From assembly GCA_051362555.1 (NCBI GenBank), contig CM120645.1, positions 3,596,001 through 3,660,000 of the forward strand: a stretch of 64,000 bases of DNA, in the 5' to 3' direction. Under the pieces are notes generated by a model. That model was given only the letters and a program-made list of their open reading frames with translations. It was not told the DNA's origin and ran no database searches. The stretch comes from Lingula anatina. Its lineage: Eukaryota > Animalia > Brachiopoda. Each line of letters begins with the position of its first letter. Within the stretch, counting starts at the first letter, position 1. Position numbers and translations under genes: made by a program. Positions 37,855-50,240 of the stretch are shown one piece after another.

Positions 37855-40800
37855 TTAATTATCAAGGTCAAAAACTTCTTTATGTAAGTCTGGAAATTTC
37901 TCCATCTGTTGTGGCATCTCCATCTTGATGCCACGAAGTGCTTTTGAATGTTCACTATTGTTCTTTTTCAGAACAGGTAGAAAGTTCAAAATCTTGGAGA
38001 ACACATCATCCACTTCATCTAAAATGTAACAGAAAGCATATTAAAGGCAGGTCTCTAAACACATGAAACCAGGTCTTAACCAAGTGGGAGCAACACCTGA
38101 TCCTGATAACCCAAAGATACCTACTCCCATTGATATTTTTTCCTCATCTAAATTAGACTTCCCCCTTTGATTGAACATAAATATAAGGGAGCATTCAGAT
38201 AAACAAACTGTACCAGCTGGATCGATCTAACTCTGAAGGAGATTCTCACTATGTGAAATCACTGTAATTAGCTTGAATGTCTGACACTTCTCCTCAAGCT
38301 GCTAGGGGGTAATAAAGCAGAACCAACAAGAAAGTTAGTTAACCCTAGCCACCAAGGAGGTTTGTCATACAATTACGCTGATTACACTGAATGCAATTAA
38401 GCATAAATCCCCTGCAGAGTTGGATCAATCCAGCCGGTACGATGTTTTAATCTGAACGCAGTCCAAGTTTGTTCCTCTCTTTATCACTGTATGTCTTATG
38501 GTTGTAATTAACCCTTGTCAAGCAGCTCAAGCATGTTAAATAATTTTCTCCAACAAATACTACAGAAAAACCTACTGTGGCTTAGAAAAACATTTCTTTC
38601 ACTATAAAAAAGTTCTTGTCATTAATTATTTACTTTTGCCACTTACTTCTGATGGTAAAAATATAATTTATTTATCTCAAACAAAATAGTCAATGTGCTG
38701 AAGTGAAAATGCAATGAAGTGTCGTTTTTTATTTATCACTCCTTATAGTGTCGTTTTTTTTTACCTCTAGTTCTCGTGCTCCTCATCTGACTGAGTAAGG
38801 CCTGCACAAATACACTCTGTAACTTGACCACCCCCTTACGGTTGGTTAGGCCTGCACACTCTGAAATAAAACAATTTATCTTTCAATTTCACATTGGCTG
38901 TAATTGCAATATTTTAGTAGATATTACACAAATAATGATGATCTACCATGTTAAGTGTGCGTGCGTGCGTGTGTGTGTGTCATACTTAAATACGCAGGGC
39001 TATAGGTCTGATAAATACAGGAATGATGAACTTCATATTTTTTCAAATTGCAGACTTAATTTGATTTATTCACCTGCCCTTTGTGTTCCCATACATAGTG
39101 TTCATTAATAAATGGAAGTAATAAGTAGGTGTTCCCTTCAAAAAACCTTACCAGGGTTAATGATGATCACTGCACACAGTAGTGCCATCTCAGCATCGCT
39201 CAGCCTCAGAGGATTAAGATAACCAGCCAGCTCAAAGAAACTCTCTAAGAATCCCCCCAGTGGCATATTTTTTACTATCATTCTGGAGCAAAAAAAAAGA
39301 GAAAATTTGGCTTTACTTACAATGTGAAAAGGCAAAATGTAAGTGAAAACATTTCAGTTGAGTTCAAATGATGACTGATGAATTGACAAAGTATTATCAC
39401 ACTTATGAATAGTATGCAAAAAACCACATTTTTTACATAGAATTATTACTTAAAAACTAGTAAAGAATCTTAACTTAAAATGAATATCAGCAGTACAAAA
39501 CAGTATATAGATTTCATATTCAAGCTCTTTATACGAGTGAGACCATGAAACATAGGGAAAAGAAAGCACTGAGTAGCCTACTGGTATATTTACCTAGGAA
39601 TCAGATGCTCCATGCTGGGGTCTATCATAAAGTCTTTCACTGGGTCAATAAGGCCAAGGTACCTGATTAACACCAGCTCAAAACTGCCCTGCTTTATCAG
39701 TTTTATCTGATCATCCTCACCTAATTCAATAAAACCTACAAAGACAAGTATGGGATATTGTGAATGATGATATTATTTACTAGTACCGGGTTGCCCCAAC
39801 ATTGTTCTCACATATTTTATGATCATAATAATAGTAAGGAAAGTTAAATGGCAAAGATATGGCCAAGTCTTTTATCAACTTATCCATTTTAGGCCTTTCA
39901 AACAAGAAATATCTTACTCAATAAACTGTCGAGCAACTAATAAATTTGGATTTTGCCACAATTTATCTGCTAAGTTAAGCTGTAAAGATAGATGTCTAGC
40001 AGGCCACCCTACCAGGGATTCTTTTACAGAATCTGACAACATCTGTTATAGCAGGGAGCATCTGTCCGAGGAATTTATCCCATAAAGATGAAGGCTGTCC
40101 AGCTTCGGGACTGGTTTTCATTTTTCTCATCATTTCAGACTGAAATAAAACATATCATCTTGAATCTTCAAAAACTCAGATATTCCTTTAAAATGTTTTT
40201 ATGGCCATATTTGTTCACAATTGGTTTTAAAGCAAACAATAAGACCACTAATTCATTACATTTTCTTTTACTGCAAAATACTGTGTTGATTTTAACTTGT
40301 GAACACATATTAATATCATGATTTTGAAATAATGTAAGCAGTTTTTGGGATGTGACACTGATTATATACAATGAGAATAGCACAATCAGCTCAATTTTCT
40401 GATGAATTTTACCAGAATCAATAATATGGGCAAAACCAAAGAGCTCAGATACACCACCTACAGTGCATAAGTGTCCCCCGTATGAGACTCCATTTTCCAT
40501 TCTGTACCGAATGAAACAATGACTAGATAAATCAAGATCTGTACAACAGGGGGGGTCATCCCATTCCAGGTCATTCTCACTCACCATCATGGCCATGCTG
40601 GGCATAGCGCTGCCCAATCTCTCCCACGTCTCCTGGACTTTGGCCACCAGGTAGCCACAGGTGTCGCAATGGGCCTCGATGATCACATCCGTCACCTGGT
40701 GAATCAGCTGCTGGCGTTCTTTAGTGATTGGCTGCTTGGAGGCCTCTACAATATTTTGTATCATAATTCTATTCAGCTCCTCTTCGTCCCTCTCTTCTTG

Positions 40801-43039
40801 ATCGGCATCAGAAAAAGGGAACCCAGGGGTCATGTGCCCTGGAGACGGGTCAGTCAGCATCTGAAAGTTTGTGTTAAAGTTTGTGCTGTTTGAACCATTA
40901 CAGCTAGGTGGCATGCCCTGCTGTTCCATTTTGATGTTATTCGCCCCGTTAGTGGGTGCACCACTTGGGAACAGCTCTGGAGGCACATGGCCAGGCGAGC
41001 TGTTGTTAGTTCCAGTCCCACAACCAGCTTCACTGGTTGCCTGAATCACAGTCTTATTCTGACTGGTCATCTGAGTGCCAGCCTCAATCTGATTGGTCAA
41101 ACTCCTGTCACTATTAGCTGCCCCGCCCACTGCAACCAATCCATTTGCACTGGGGCTGTCCTTTGATGGGCTCCCCAAGATGTAGTTCTGTAAAAATTCG
41201 GGGATTTTGTTTCCGTTCTTCACCTGGATGAGTCGCTGAAGTTCAGCCATGCTGAGGTGGCTGACTTGAAATGGGCTTAGAGGGGGGTAAGGGGCAATGG
41301 GCTGTGTGGAGGGATGAGGACGAGAGGAGAGGTCACCTTCACCTTTCAGGCGTTTTGGCCGTCGTCCAAGTCTTGATGCTGAAAGGTAAAAGACAATGTA
41401 ATTGTTTTTTGTTTTGTTTTCTGTCTTTTTTTTTTACAGAGCAGAAAACAACTGAAATCTAGGACATCTTTAAAATTCATATTTAACCATCAATTGCTGG
41501 ATCACTATAGTCAATGCACGAACAACCTTTTGTTTTTATTTCCTTTTCAATAAGCATTTTCCTTTTTTAATCACATATTGCTTTTCACCTCTTAATAAAA
41601 TCAGACAATTACTGCAATACTCCAGATTTATCAAGATAAAAAAATCATTGGTGAAAATTAATCCATCCAAACAGTTTTTGAAGATGGCTGTTTTGCATTC
41701 TTTTCCTGAAAATAAAAGCATCCAAAACTATTTTCTAGGTCAATTTTTAAATTTTGTCTGCTCTATCAAATCCACTGACATCTTAAAAGAAACTGAGTTG
41801 TTGACACACGTGTGCCAGTAAAGAAAAGACTCCGGTTTCGTCGCTACCAATCAATGACTGGATAGCCTGAAGCCTTTCAATCAATAATAACCTATAAGCA
41901 ACATCCATCTAGGATTTCCTGCTAGTTTTTTTTTTTTTTTTTTTTTCTTTTAGAGATTTTCATGATCTACAAGGACAGAAGCTTACAACATGCGAGTGTA
42001 ACTCAGGCAGTAAACATGTGAGTTACTTGTTAACTTATCGTAAAACGTTTTTTCACCAAGGAACAAAAATCCCCAATACATTGTATGGAATGAGCCTATC
42101 CATTACTCATGTGTGAAATACAAATTAAGGTACAAGAGAGATGATAGCTAGATTATACATGAAAGAGATCTAAATAAGCTGCCTTTGATAACGCCCACAT
42201 CTGATTATGTAGTGTTTGTGGAACATGAGTAATTCTGTACAATTTATGAGGGAAATCTGCTGAAGAGCTCTACTCATCCAGGTGACAACTTTGGCCAAAC
42301 TCAAAACATAGAGATGACATAAGCTTTGTAATGAACTGAATCAGTCTTTATTTCTTCCCACCCACGCCCAACACACAAACACAAACACATAGGGGCAGAA
42401 CCAAACATATTCTCTGACAGTCTTCCAAATTATCTTCGATGATCCATCTTCTATTTTTGACCGTCTTCTGACAGAAAAAATTAGAAATTCAAACTTAAGA
42501 AATTCTGGAAGACCCAGAAGACAGCTTCTGTCCACCCCTGCGTGACACACACCCACAAACTGGCATTTGTATGTGCCATTACGTATTCACCTTCACGTGA
42601 CATCCCCACGGCAAAACATTTCTTCAGCCTGCAGTACTGGCAGCTGTTTCTACTGAATGGGGTGATGTCACACTTCTCTTCATTGTTGCACTTGTGGTTC
42701 ATCCCCTGGGTTATACAACGGCGGAAAAAACCCTGAAAGAAAATATGTAAACACACAATATAAGCATTAGACAAGTACACAAATTATCACCCAACAGGAC
42801 GCTGTATGAACACCCACGGCCAATATGTGGACGAGATCATCAAGGACTTGTTAACCAGCTCAGAAACGATATACAAGAACATGCACATACACATATGCAA
42901 ACACAAACAGCAGACCAGAAGGCAGACACTAGTTTCATCTATACAGCGAAAGTTATATAAGTTATGAAGCAGAAACTCTGAAGAACTCTCATGAACACAC
43001 AAATGTGCATCCATGCATGCAACCACAAACCCACCCACC

Positions 43040-43090
<51 letters not shown>

Positions 43091-43259
43091 ACCCACACAC
43101 ACACACAGACAGATCAGCAGGCATACACTGTAGTGGTATCTTTTCAGCAAAAGTACAACTACTTTATTCAGTTAAAAAGCAGATTCTCCGAAGACCTCTA
43201 AAGAACTAATACACACATATGCGCACTCACACACACACATATGCGCACACACACACACA

Positions 43260-43313
<54 letters not shown>

Positions 43314-44217
43314 TGTCCTGTGTGGATTCTCACCTTGCAACCCTCGCAAGAGTCCACTCCATAATGGAACCCTGAGGCCTCGTCCCCACACACTTTACAC
43401 ACGGAACCACTTCCTTTGTGTTCCATCTTGCTTTCCACTTTCACCAACGAAGATTTAAAATCTGGAAGAAAAATTTCATGGTGGTTTATTTATAACATCA
43501 CCAAGGCTTTGCACAAGACATTAATCAATAAAACATCAAAAGCTGTGGGCGAAATGAGAAGGAATCTACGCACAACTATGAAGACTGCAGTAATTTTTTC
43601 TTTTCTTTTCTTTTTGAAATCAGACCTCAGCATAATTCCACCTGCATGACAGCCGTATATTTCTATTAATCAATCAATTTTTCATTCTGTCATATAAATT
43701 GCAGTAACTAAGAGACACTAGTGTCAGCATGACCATGAACTACAGAAATATCACAATAACTGCATCAAATAAGTAATCCCTACATGTTTATCACTGTGCC
43801 TATGTGTGTAAATGTTAATCAGTAAGTCAAGACAATTTCCAGCAGAACCAAAAAAAAAAATTGGTAAGGGAATTTATATGAAACATCCTGTGAGGTGCAT
43901 TTAAATCAATTTGCACCTTTTGAATGTTTTTGTCAATGGAAATTACAGTGTATACAAAAGTCATGCTAGTTTAAGAAACACTTTAAATACTAAGCTACTT
44001 GGACTAATGAATGTCTAAAACTTGTTGATTGGTCCTTGGCAAGAGATCAAGTTAATTTGTCCTCTTTTTTTTTTCTTTTTAGCCAAGGATACTGATGAAT
44101 TTATTGAAAAACCATGAAATATTTTCACAAGATGAAGTTAAATATTTATATTTTATAAGCCTAGGCTGACATCAGTTTCCATTATATCAACTTATGCCAC
44201 CTTTGTAGAGTGTTTAA

Positions 44218-44260
<43 letters not shown>

Positions 44261-45217
44261 AGTTAGACCCTAAGCAGACACTAAGATTCCACACCTTTCT
44301 TTTATGTCAAGACTTTATCAAGAGGCCAGGGTACTAGTAACCCCTTGTAAAAAACTCTTACCTGATGACCCAACCATCCCCAAGCCATAACATGACAAAT
44401 GAATCAAGCAAATAGAAAGATACAAGCACAGAAAAGAGTCAACCTCCTCTCATGTAACATTTTTTCATGTATTACATGGCACATGTAAAGAACAAAAACA
44501 TCTCATCTCGTATGAACGTGAGTTACATCACACCAACTTGAGGTTGTTTGTTCTCCACATCAGAAGTAGTACCAGTGACATACAACACTCGCCAGAAATC
44601 AGAGTGACAACCACTTGTGCTTTGCACTTGTTTACACCACATACATTTTGCTACCTCATGGAATATCTATTATAAGTTTATTAATTAATATGGCATTTTT
44701 GTTATAGAAAAATATAAAATCTTCGATGGACCCAAATCACACTATCTATTCTTGCTCAGAAAAGGCAAAGGTTCTTTCAGAACTCAACAGAAAGAAAAAA
44801 AAACAGTAAGAGGAGAAAACAGAGAAAATGAAGAAAAGAAGAAATGCTTTAAGTCACAATAAAGAGAGAATTCCCACAATTAATTGGACCTGATTGACTT
44901 TTACACTTGATCTTCCTACTAACCCTAAAGTTGACCCCAGTGAGTTGAAATATATATAAAATAAAATAAAATAATTTCTATTTTGAAGGTATTCATAAAC
45001 AGGGACAGCGACAGCATAGCCAACAACAACAGCAAGCATGGACTGACTCATGACTTAAACAGATATTGAACATTAATATACATAATTTATACAAAGCAAT
45101 ACTTCTTTGACTAGTAAAAAAAAAGCCATTTTGTGAAAAAAAAAGTGAGAGAAAAGTGAAGAAAGGCTCACCTGTGTTCATGTCTCTCTTGGGTGAAACT
45201 TCAGCTGCCTGCAACAT
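37855..45217 (-). CDS. Nuclear hormone receptor of the NR1 family (Rev-erb/E75/E78/ROR-related, subgroup unresolved), 9 coding exons, 589 aa
   Basis: Exons (minus): 45172-45217, 43334-43461, 42591-42732, 40585-41378, 40013-40139, 39594-39735, 39152-39282, 38765-38860, 37855-38018 (1770 nt, phases compatible). C4 zinc fingers [27 protein letters not shown]...CQYCRLKKC, extension LGRRPK, LBD signature FCKRIPGF.EL..DDQIKLIK, C-terminus FPDLHKEVF. Confidence 0.93.
38186..38465. mobile_element. Degenerate MITE related to the 24827-25041 element
   Basis: Imperfect inverted arms GCATTCAGAT..GTACCAGCTGGATCGATCTAACTCTG / CAGAGTTGGATCAATCCAGCCGGTAC..ATCTGAACGC. Confidence 0.55.
43030..43310. repeat. 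(CA)n, (CCCA)n and (GA)n microsatellites in the intron splitting the receptor DBD
   Basis: Visible runs at about 43030-43106, 43228-43260 and 43264-43310. Confidence 0.9.
44215..44260. repeat. (AAAT)n microsatellite
   Basis: Tetranucleotide run; a similar run lies at about 45889-45935. Confidence 0.9.
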
Positions 45218-45891
45218 GGAGTTCTCTTAATGTTAGCATACCAGTTGGTTACATGTTCCGATTCCAAGAATCAATTAAACTGCCTGCAAAAGCAGAAAAT
45301 TAGCAAACTTGAATCTGATATATACATTCATACCATATATAAAAACCACTTAAATGTAGTTTAGAGACAAAATGTACCGCAATGCAATTAACAAAAGGAA
45401 AAAAAATTACCTACTTTAAACCAAGGAAACTCTTTACCTCTGATTAAAAATACTGGTTTACTCATTCACATAAATATATTTTAGCAGATAGCTAATAAAA
45501 TGAAGCAAGGGAAGAAGAAGAGTGGGGGGGGGTGTAAAAAGTTAACCGTAGCACACTGCATCTGCACTGTTGAAATGACCAAATATAAGACGTGAAAAGT
45601 TAGAAAAAGATACAGTATATAATTCTTTCCAAAAGGCGTAGGTAGAACGTTCACTATAATACTAAATTCTGACAACTATATATAAGTCACTCATCTCTGA
45701 ACTGTCCATTCTCTAGAACATAATTTCCTAGTATTTGAATTAAAGGACTATTACACATACCTGCACTTGGGCAGATAGAAAGGAGTAGAGAAATAGACTT
45801 CGATCACATTTTCAAAACTTTGTCTTCATCTCTCACTTTATATTATACTATATATTTATATGCTTGACATAATCATCATTAATATTGCAAA

Positions 45892-45934
<43 letters not shown>

Positions 45935-47150
45935 ATGAAACCCTTCCAAAAATCCCCTTCTTTGTTATTATCCCATACCTCTGAATAATGTCCAATCTCT
46001 AGGACTACTACCCTTTATATAAGCTGCAATTAACTGCATTATCAGTAGAGTGGTGCCCTTCATCTTTCCCATCTGTCATATGTCAATGAAGAGCTCTGAA
46101 TCACCCCAGCGGCATGGAGTGACTGATGCATGGTCAATACATGCTTGGTCTACTCTTGTTTAATACATTTTTACGCCGCAAACGGCTAAAACGAACAAAT
46201 GATCCAGACCTGACGTATCTCGCACACCGTGGGATATGGCATGTCTGCATTTGTAGTAATAATCCACCATGACATACGCGAGATTCACCACGAGTCAATG
46301 ACCAGATGGAGTTCTAATACCCTCAATTTCACTTTTTTTAACCAAAGCAAACTGCCCGAGTATCTCTTCGGCATCTGGAGAACACTGCTCCGCTGTTATA
46401 TACAGGGTCAAGAAGAAAATCACTCACTACTTGCCAAATGGGCCACACGCACATGCTTGCATGCATGCACACACTCACACACTCTCTCTCTCTCTCCTCA
46501 CACACACACACACATACACACACACACTGCATAATAAAGTATTGAGCATACTTGCTGGGCAAATCTGTCCAAGTACTTGTCACAGAACTGTGTTACACAG
46601 GAGAGACATGCCCCCCCTCCCCTCCCCCCAATATTTATAGGTTTCCCATTGCTCAGCAGACATGAAACAGTAGACAAGGACTGTAATTTGGATGACACAA
46701 GAATAGAAAAGTTTTGGTCTTGTTTCCATGGTTATACTGTATATTTAATGGAGGGTAATGGGAAACCTATTTTTTTATTCATTACAGCCCTGTTCCTTTT
46801 CTCCTTTACAAATTCACCAAACCACCAGTACAGCAGCATATATTCCCCAGCATTGGTCAACTGGTGAGAACTTTATCTCTACCACAATAACTTACCCAAG
46901 TATGTGTTGAAATAAAATAGGAAGCCTAAGGGTTGTTCCTATGTTGCTAAGGCATGAAAGGTTGGAGGAGGGGGGGGGGCATAAAAAGTGGAAGGATGGA
47001 TATTTTCTCATCATTAAAATGTCTGTAGTACAATGTCAGACAAGAATTAAAAACAAATTTCGAACTGGGATCAAAGGAAGGGGTGGGGGGCTTAACCAAT
47101 GCTCATCTTAAACCACATGCACACCTTGTAATTCTATGACCCCCAAATAA

Positions 47151-47386
47151 GGCTTCGTTCACATGGAAAGTCTATTTTCTAAAAATCTATTTTCTATTCG
47201 CGGTATCTTGTAATCATGGTCCCTGTGCCCTGAATATCCCGCAGCTTAATTACTGGCGGCGCGAGCCAGTTACTTCCAAAGCTGTAATTAATTCTGGGGA
47301 TATTCAGGGCACAGAGACCGTGATTACAAGATACCGCGAATAGAAAATAGATTTTTAGAAAATAGACTTTCCATGTGAACGGAGTA
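47151..47386. mobile_element. Palindromic PIF/Harbinger-like MITE, copy 1
   Basis: Starts GGCTTCGTTCACATG, about 90-bp inverted arms, TAA on both sides. Confidence 0.85.
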
Positions 47387-48479
47387 TAAGTTCTCTCAGT
47401 CTAGTCATACTTGCACTGGCACAGGTTTTTGACCTCAGGTGAGAAACTCATGTGTGTTTACCCTGCAAGTGGCTCCTAATTCCACATCAACTAGCTATGA
47501 TCCCATCAATACTGTTGCTCCACCTGACTGGGTTTTTATGCCGTGACATAACCTCAGTAAACACCACATGGCACACCTGTCTGGTTATGTCTGTGAAGTG
47601 AAGTCACAGGTTACATGTATTGTGCCACTGTCACGCTTTGACATCTAAACTGTTCAAACTGCTATAAACACACCACTGGTCTCACAGTTATATAAATACT
47701 ACATATAATAATACACAAAAGGTCGCACCCTCAGTGCTGTTATCTCTGACAAAAAGGTCTGCATATAACCAGTGTCTGACTAACAGATCAGCTGTTGGAA
47801 CACGCACCTCCTGCCGTTATCTTTCCACATATCAAAGTTCAAGCACAAAGCTGTTTACTACATGTGCGAGTGCAGCCGTACTGTTGTCATGCACGGCACA
47901 TGTGAACATTGCAGTGGTACAAATATGTTATGTTAGGTAATGCTGGGATGTCTGATAATCTGGGGCTTATGTATTTTTAGTTTGGTTGCCTAGTGTTGTA
48001 TTTCAAATAGAAAAACAAATTTGGCTAATTGGTGATTTTCTACATGTACAGATTTCAGGGAGACCCAAGGCTTTCTCCAGAGTGTCACAGTCATCCATTG
48101 GACGATCAGTGGCCTCAAAAAATGGCCTACATTGCCAAAGAAAGATGGACAGCTTGTACAATTTTTTTTTTTTGGAAATGACTGGTTGGTTAGTCAAGAC
48201 AGCCCAGCAAATTACCAAGAAAGCAGCTTGATGTTCCCAGTTTGTATGATGCATCCCACTTAAATAAAACTACACTGCAGCATGACCTAAAACTATGCCC
48301 CCCCCCCCCTCCCAAATTGATCATTCACACTTTGGCCTCAATGTACCTCAAATCCTGTGAAAACCTCTTACTGATTCTGAATAGAAAAATCAGACACAAA
48401 CCCCAGTTCTGCCCGAAATATCCTACCCCCACCTCCATTAACCCCTTCAATACACAGACAAGCATGTATATGAGTGTGT

Positions 48480-48535
<56 letters not shown>
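48480..48535. repeat. (CA)n microsatellite
   Basis: Pure run. Confidence 0.95.
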
Positions 48536-48537
<2 letters not shown>

Positions 48538-48783
48538 TAAACATTCACCATCAACCAAGGGTTTCTTAAAGTCACTATAGAAAGTTGCCTATCTCATAAG
48601 ACCGACTTCTCCATATGAAAAAATCCAGCTGAACACTGACAGTTTTACACAAAACTGTTTTTAAATGACCATGATAAAGATTAATTCTTTATAATTTCAA
48701 AGAAAGTTCCATGAATACAACTAATGATGGTCATTATTTATTTCACAGACACATGGTGGTAATCTCCATAGTCAGTCACTTAA

Positions 48784-49120
48784 AGGGATAATAACTCTTC
48801 GTTTAGGCCAAAAAATGAATTTTCCTGGAGTAAACAACAATTTTCCCATACTTACCAATGGTTAATGAATCCATTTTTACATTCAAAGTTAGTCCCTGGT
48901 TTTTTTCTAAAAAGTTTGGTTTTTTGTTAAAATCTCTTAAGAGATTTTAACAGAGTATAGCCATCAATGGAGGTCACGTGGTCTAAAGACAAGCTCAGAT
49001 ATCAGAATAATAGCTATAACTGCTGTTTTTGTGGTAAAACAGGATATATTATATTTCTATGAGTTATTCACAATGTTTTTATTGTGAAATATAGATCTCA
49101 TATGAAGAGTTATTAACCCT
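48784..49120. mobile_element. Kolobok-like MITE
   Basis: TTAA|AGGGATAATAACTCTTC ... GAAGAGTTATTAACCCT|TTAA: RR..YY termini with TTAA TSD. Confidence 0.8.
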
Positions 49121-50000
49121 TTAATGTCAGTGTACTGTAAACATTCTTCCAATAAGACAAATCTTTAAAAACCTACTTTTTAACGTGGCAAGATGCAAAC
49201 TGTATTCATGAGTGAACTGACATTTACTGATTAAATCAAAATATCTTTGTTATTATCCCCTTTATTATGTTACAGGGATGCTCAGAATATCAACAAACAA
49301 ATCTTGGTTAAATTCTTGACAAGGTTAATGAGAATTTTAGAGACATAATAACAACTCAGATATGTTTTAACTTTTTTAAATTACTGCTGTCAAAATGTAC
49401 CTGGGACAAGGACCTGAGATGAGTTTCTCTAAAGATCAACTGCCGTGCATAAGAATAACAATTGCTCTTGAAAAAAAAAACATTATAATTATTTTGTCAA
49501 AATTAAGGAAGATCTTTCTGTTTGAAAAAAAAAAACCTCCTTATTTTGTATTCTGGTGCCTTAAAAAGTAAACAAATTTTGGCACATAAAAAATTAAAAC
49601 TTCAACCAAATAAGTTGCATTTTACAAAGAAACTCAAAAGTGGCTTACCTCATTTTTGTTGCACTTTTTTTAGAATTATCTTCCTGCCCCTAAAGCCCTC
49701 CAATTTAAGTGGGTCCATCATTCCTACAACATGCCAGGACCGTTATCCATCTTCAGCAGTCAAAGTTTAGTCAGCCCAAATTCCTCGAACTTTTTTGTGA
49801 TACCTGCCCCATATCTTAAGCCATCCAAAAATTAGGTCTTTCTCCAGTTCAAGAAAAAATCCATACATATATAGCAGAATAGCGGTCCAAAGCAGTCTAC
49901 TTCAGAATAAAAACTTATTGGTCTAAAACAATGGAAATCCCTTTCTTGTAAAATACAAAATGCCTTATTTTTCAAATACCATGGATTTAAGTACAACAGC

Positions 50001-50240
50001 TTTTGATCTAAAAGTGAAGACCAATATTTCAGATATATTTAAACTTGAGTTCAGTTGGTAAGACCGGCTGCTGAAGAAACCAGCTGACTGTGAAAGAGAT
50101 ATATCACCCGTATTGTCAACTTGTCTTTGATCTAAAATTGAAGACCAATATTTTAGATACTTGAACTCGAGTTCAGTGTGTAAGACAGGCCACTGAAGAA
50201 ACCAGCTGACAGTGAATGACATATATCACCCGTAGTGTCA
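50001..50240. repeat. About 120-bp diverged tandem duplication
   Basis: TTTGATCTAAAA.TGAAGACCAATATTT...CTGAAGAAACCAGCTGAC...ATATATCACCCGTA.TGTCA twice. Confidence 0.85.

Noticed and set aside
40168-40584. C-terminal part of the 360-aa ORF 40168-41250
   Set aside because: Read-through into the intron past the GTGAGT donor at 40584; the LBD continues in exon 40013-40139.
42787-43458. ORFs rich in CVCV, HTHT and ERER
   Set aside because: Microsatellite translations.
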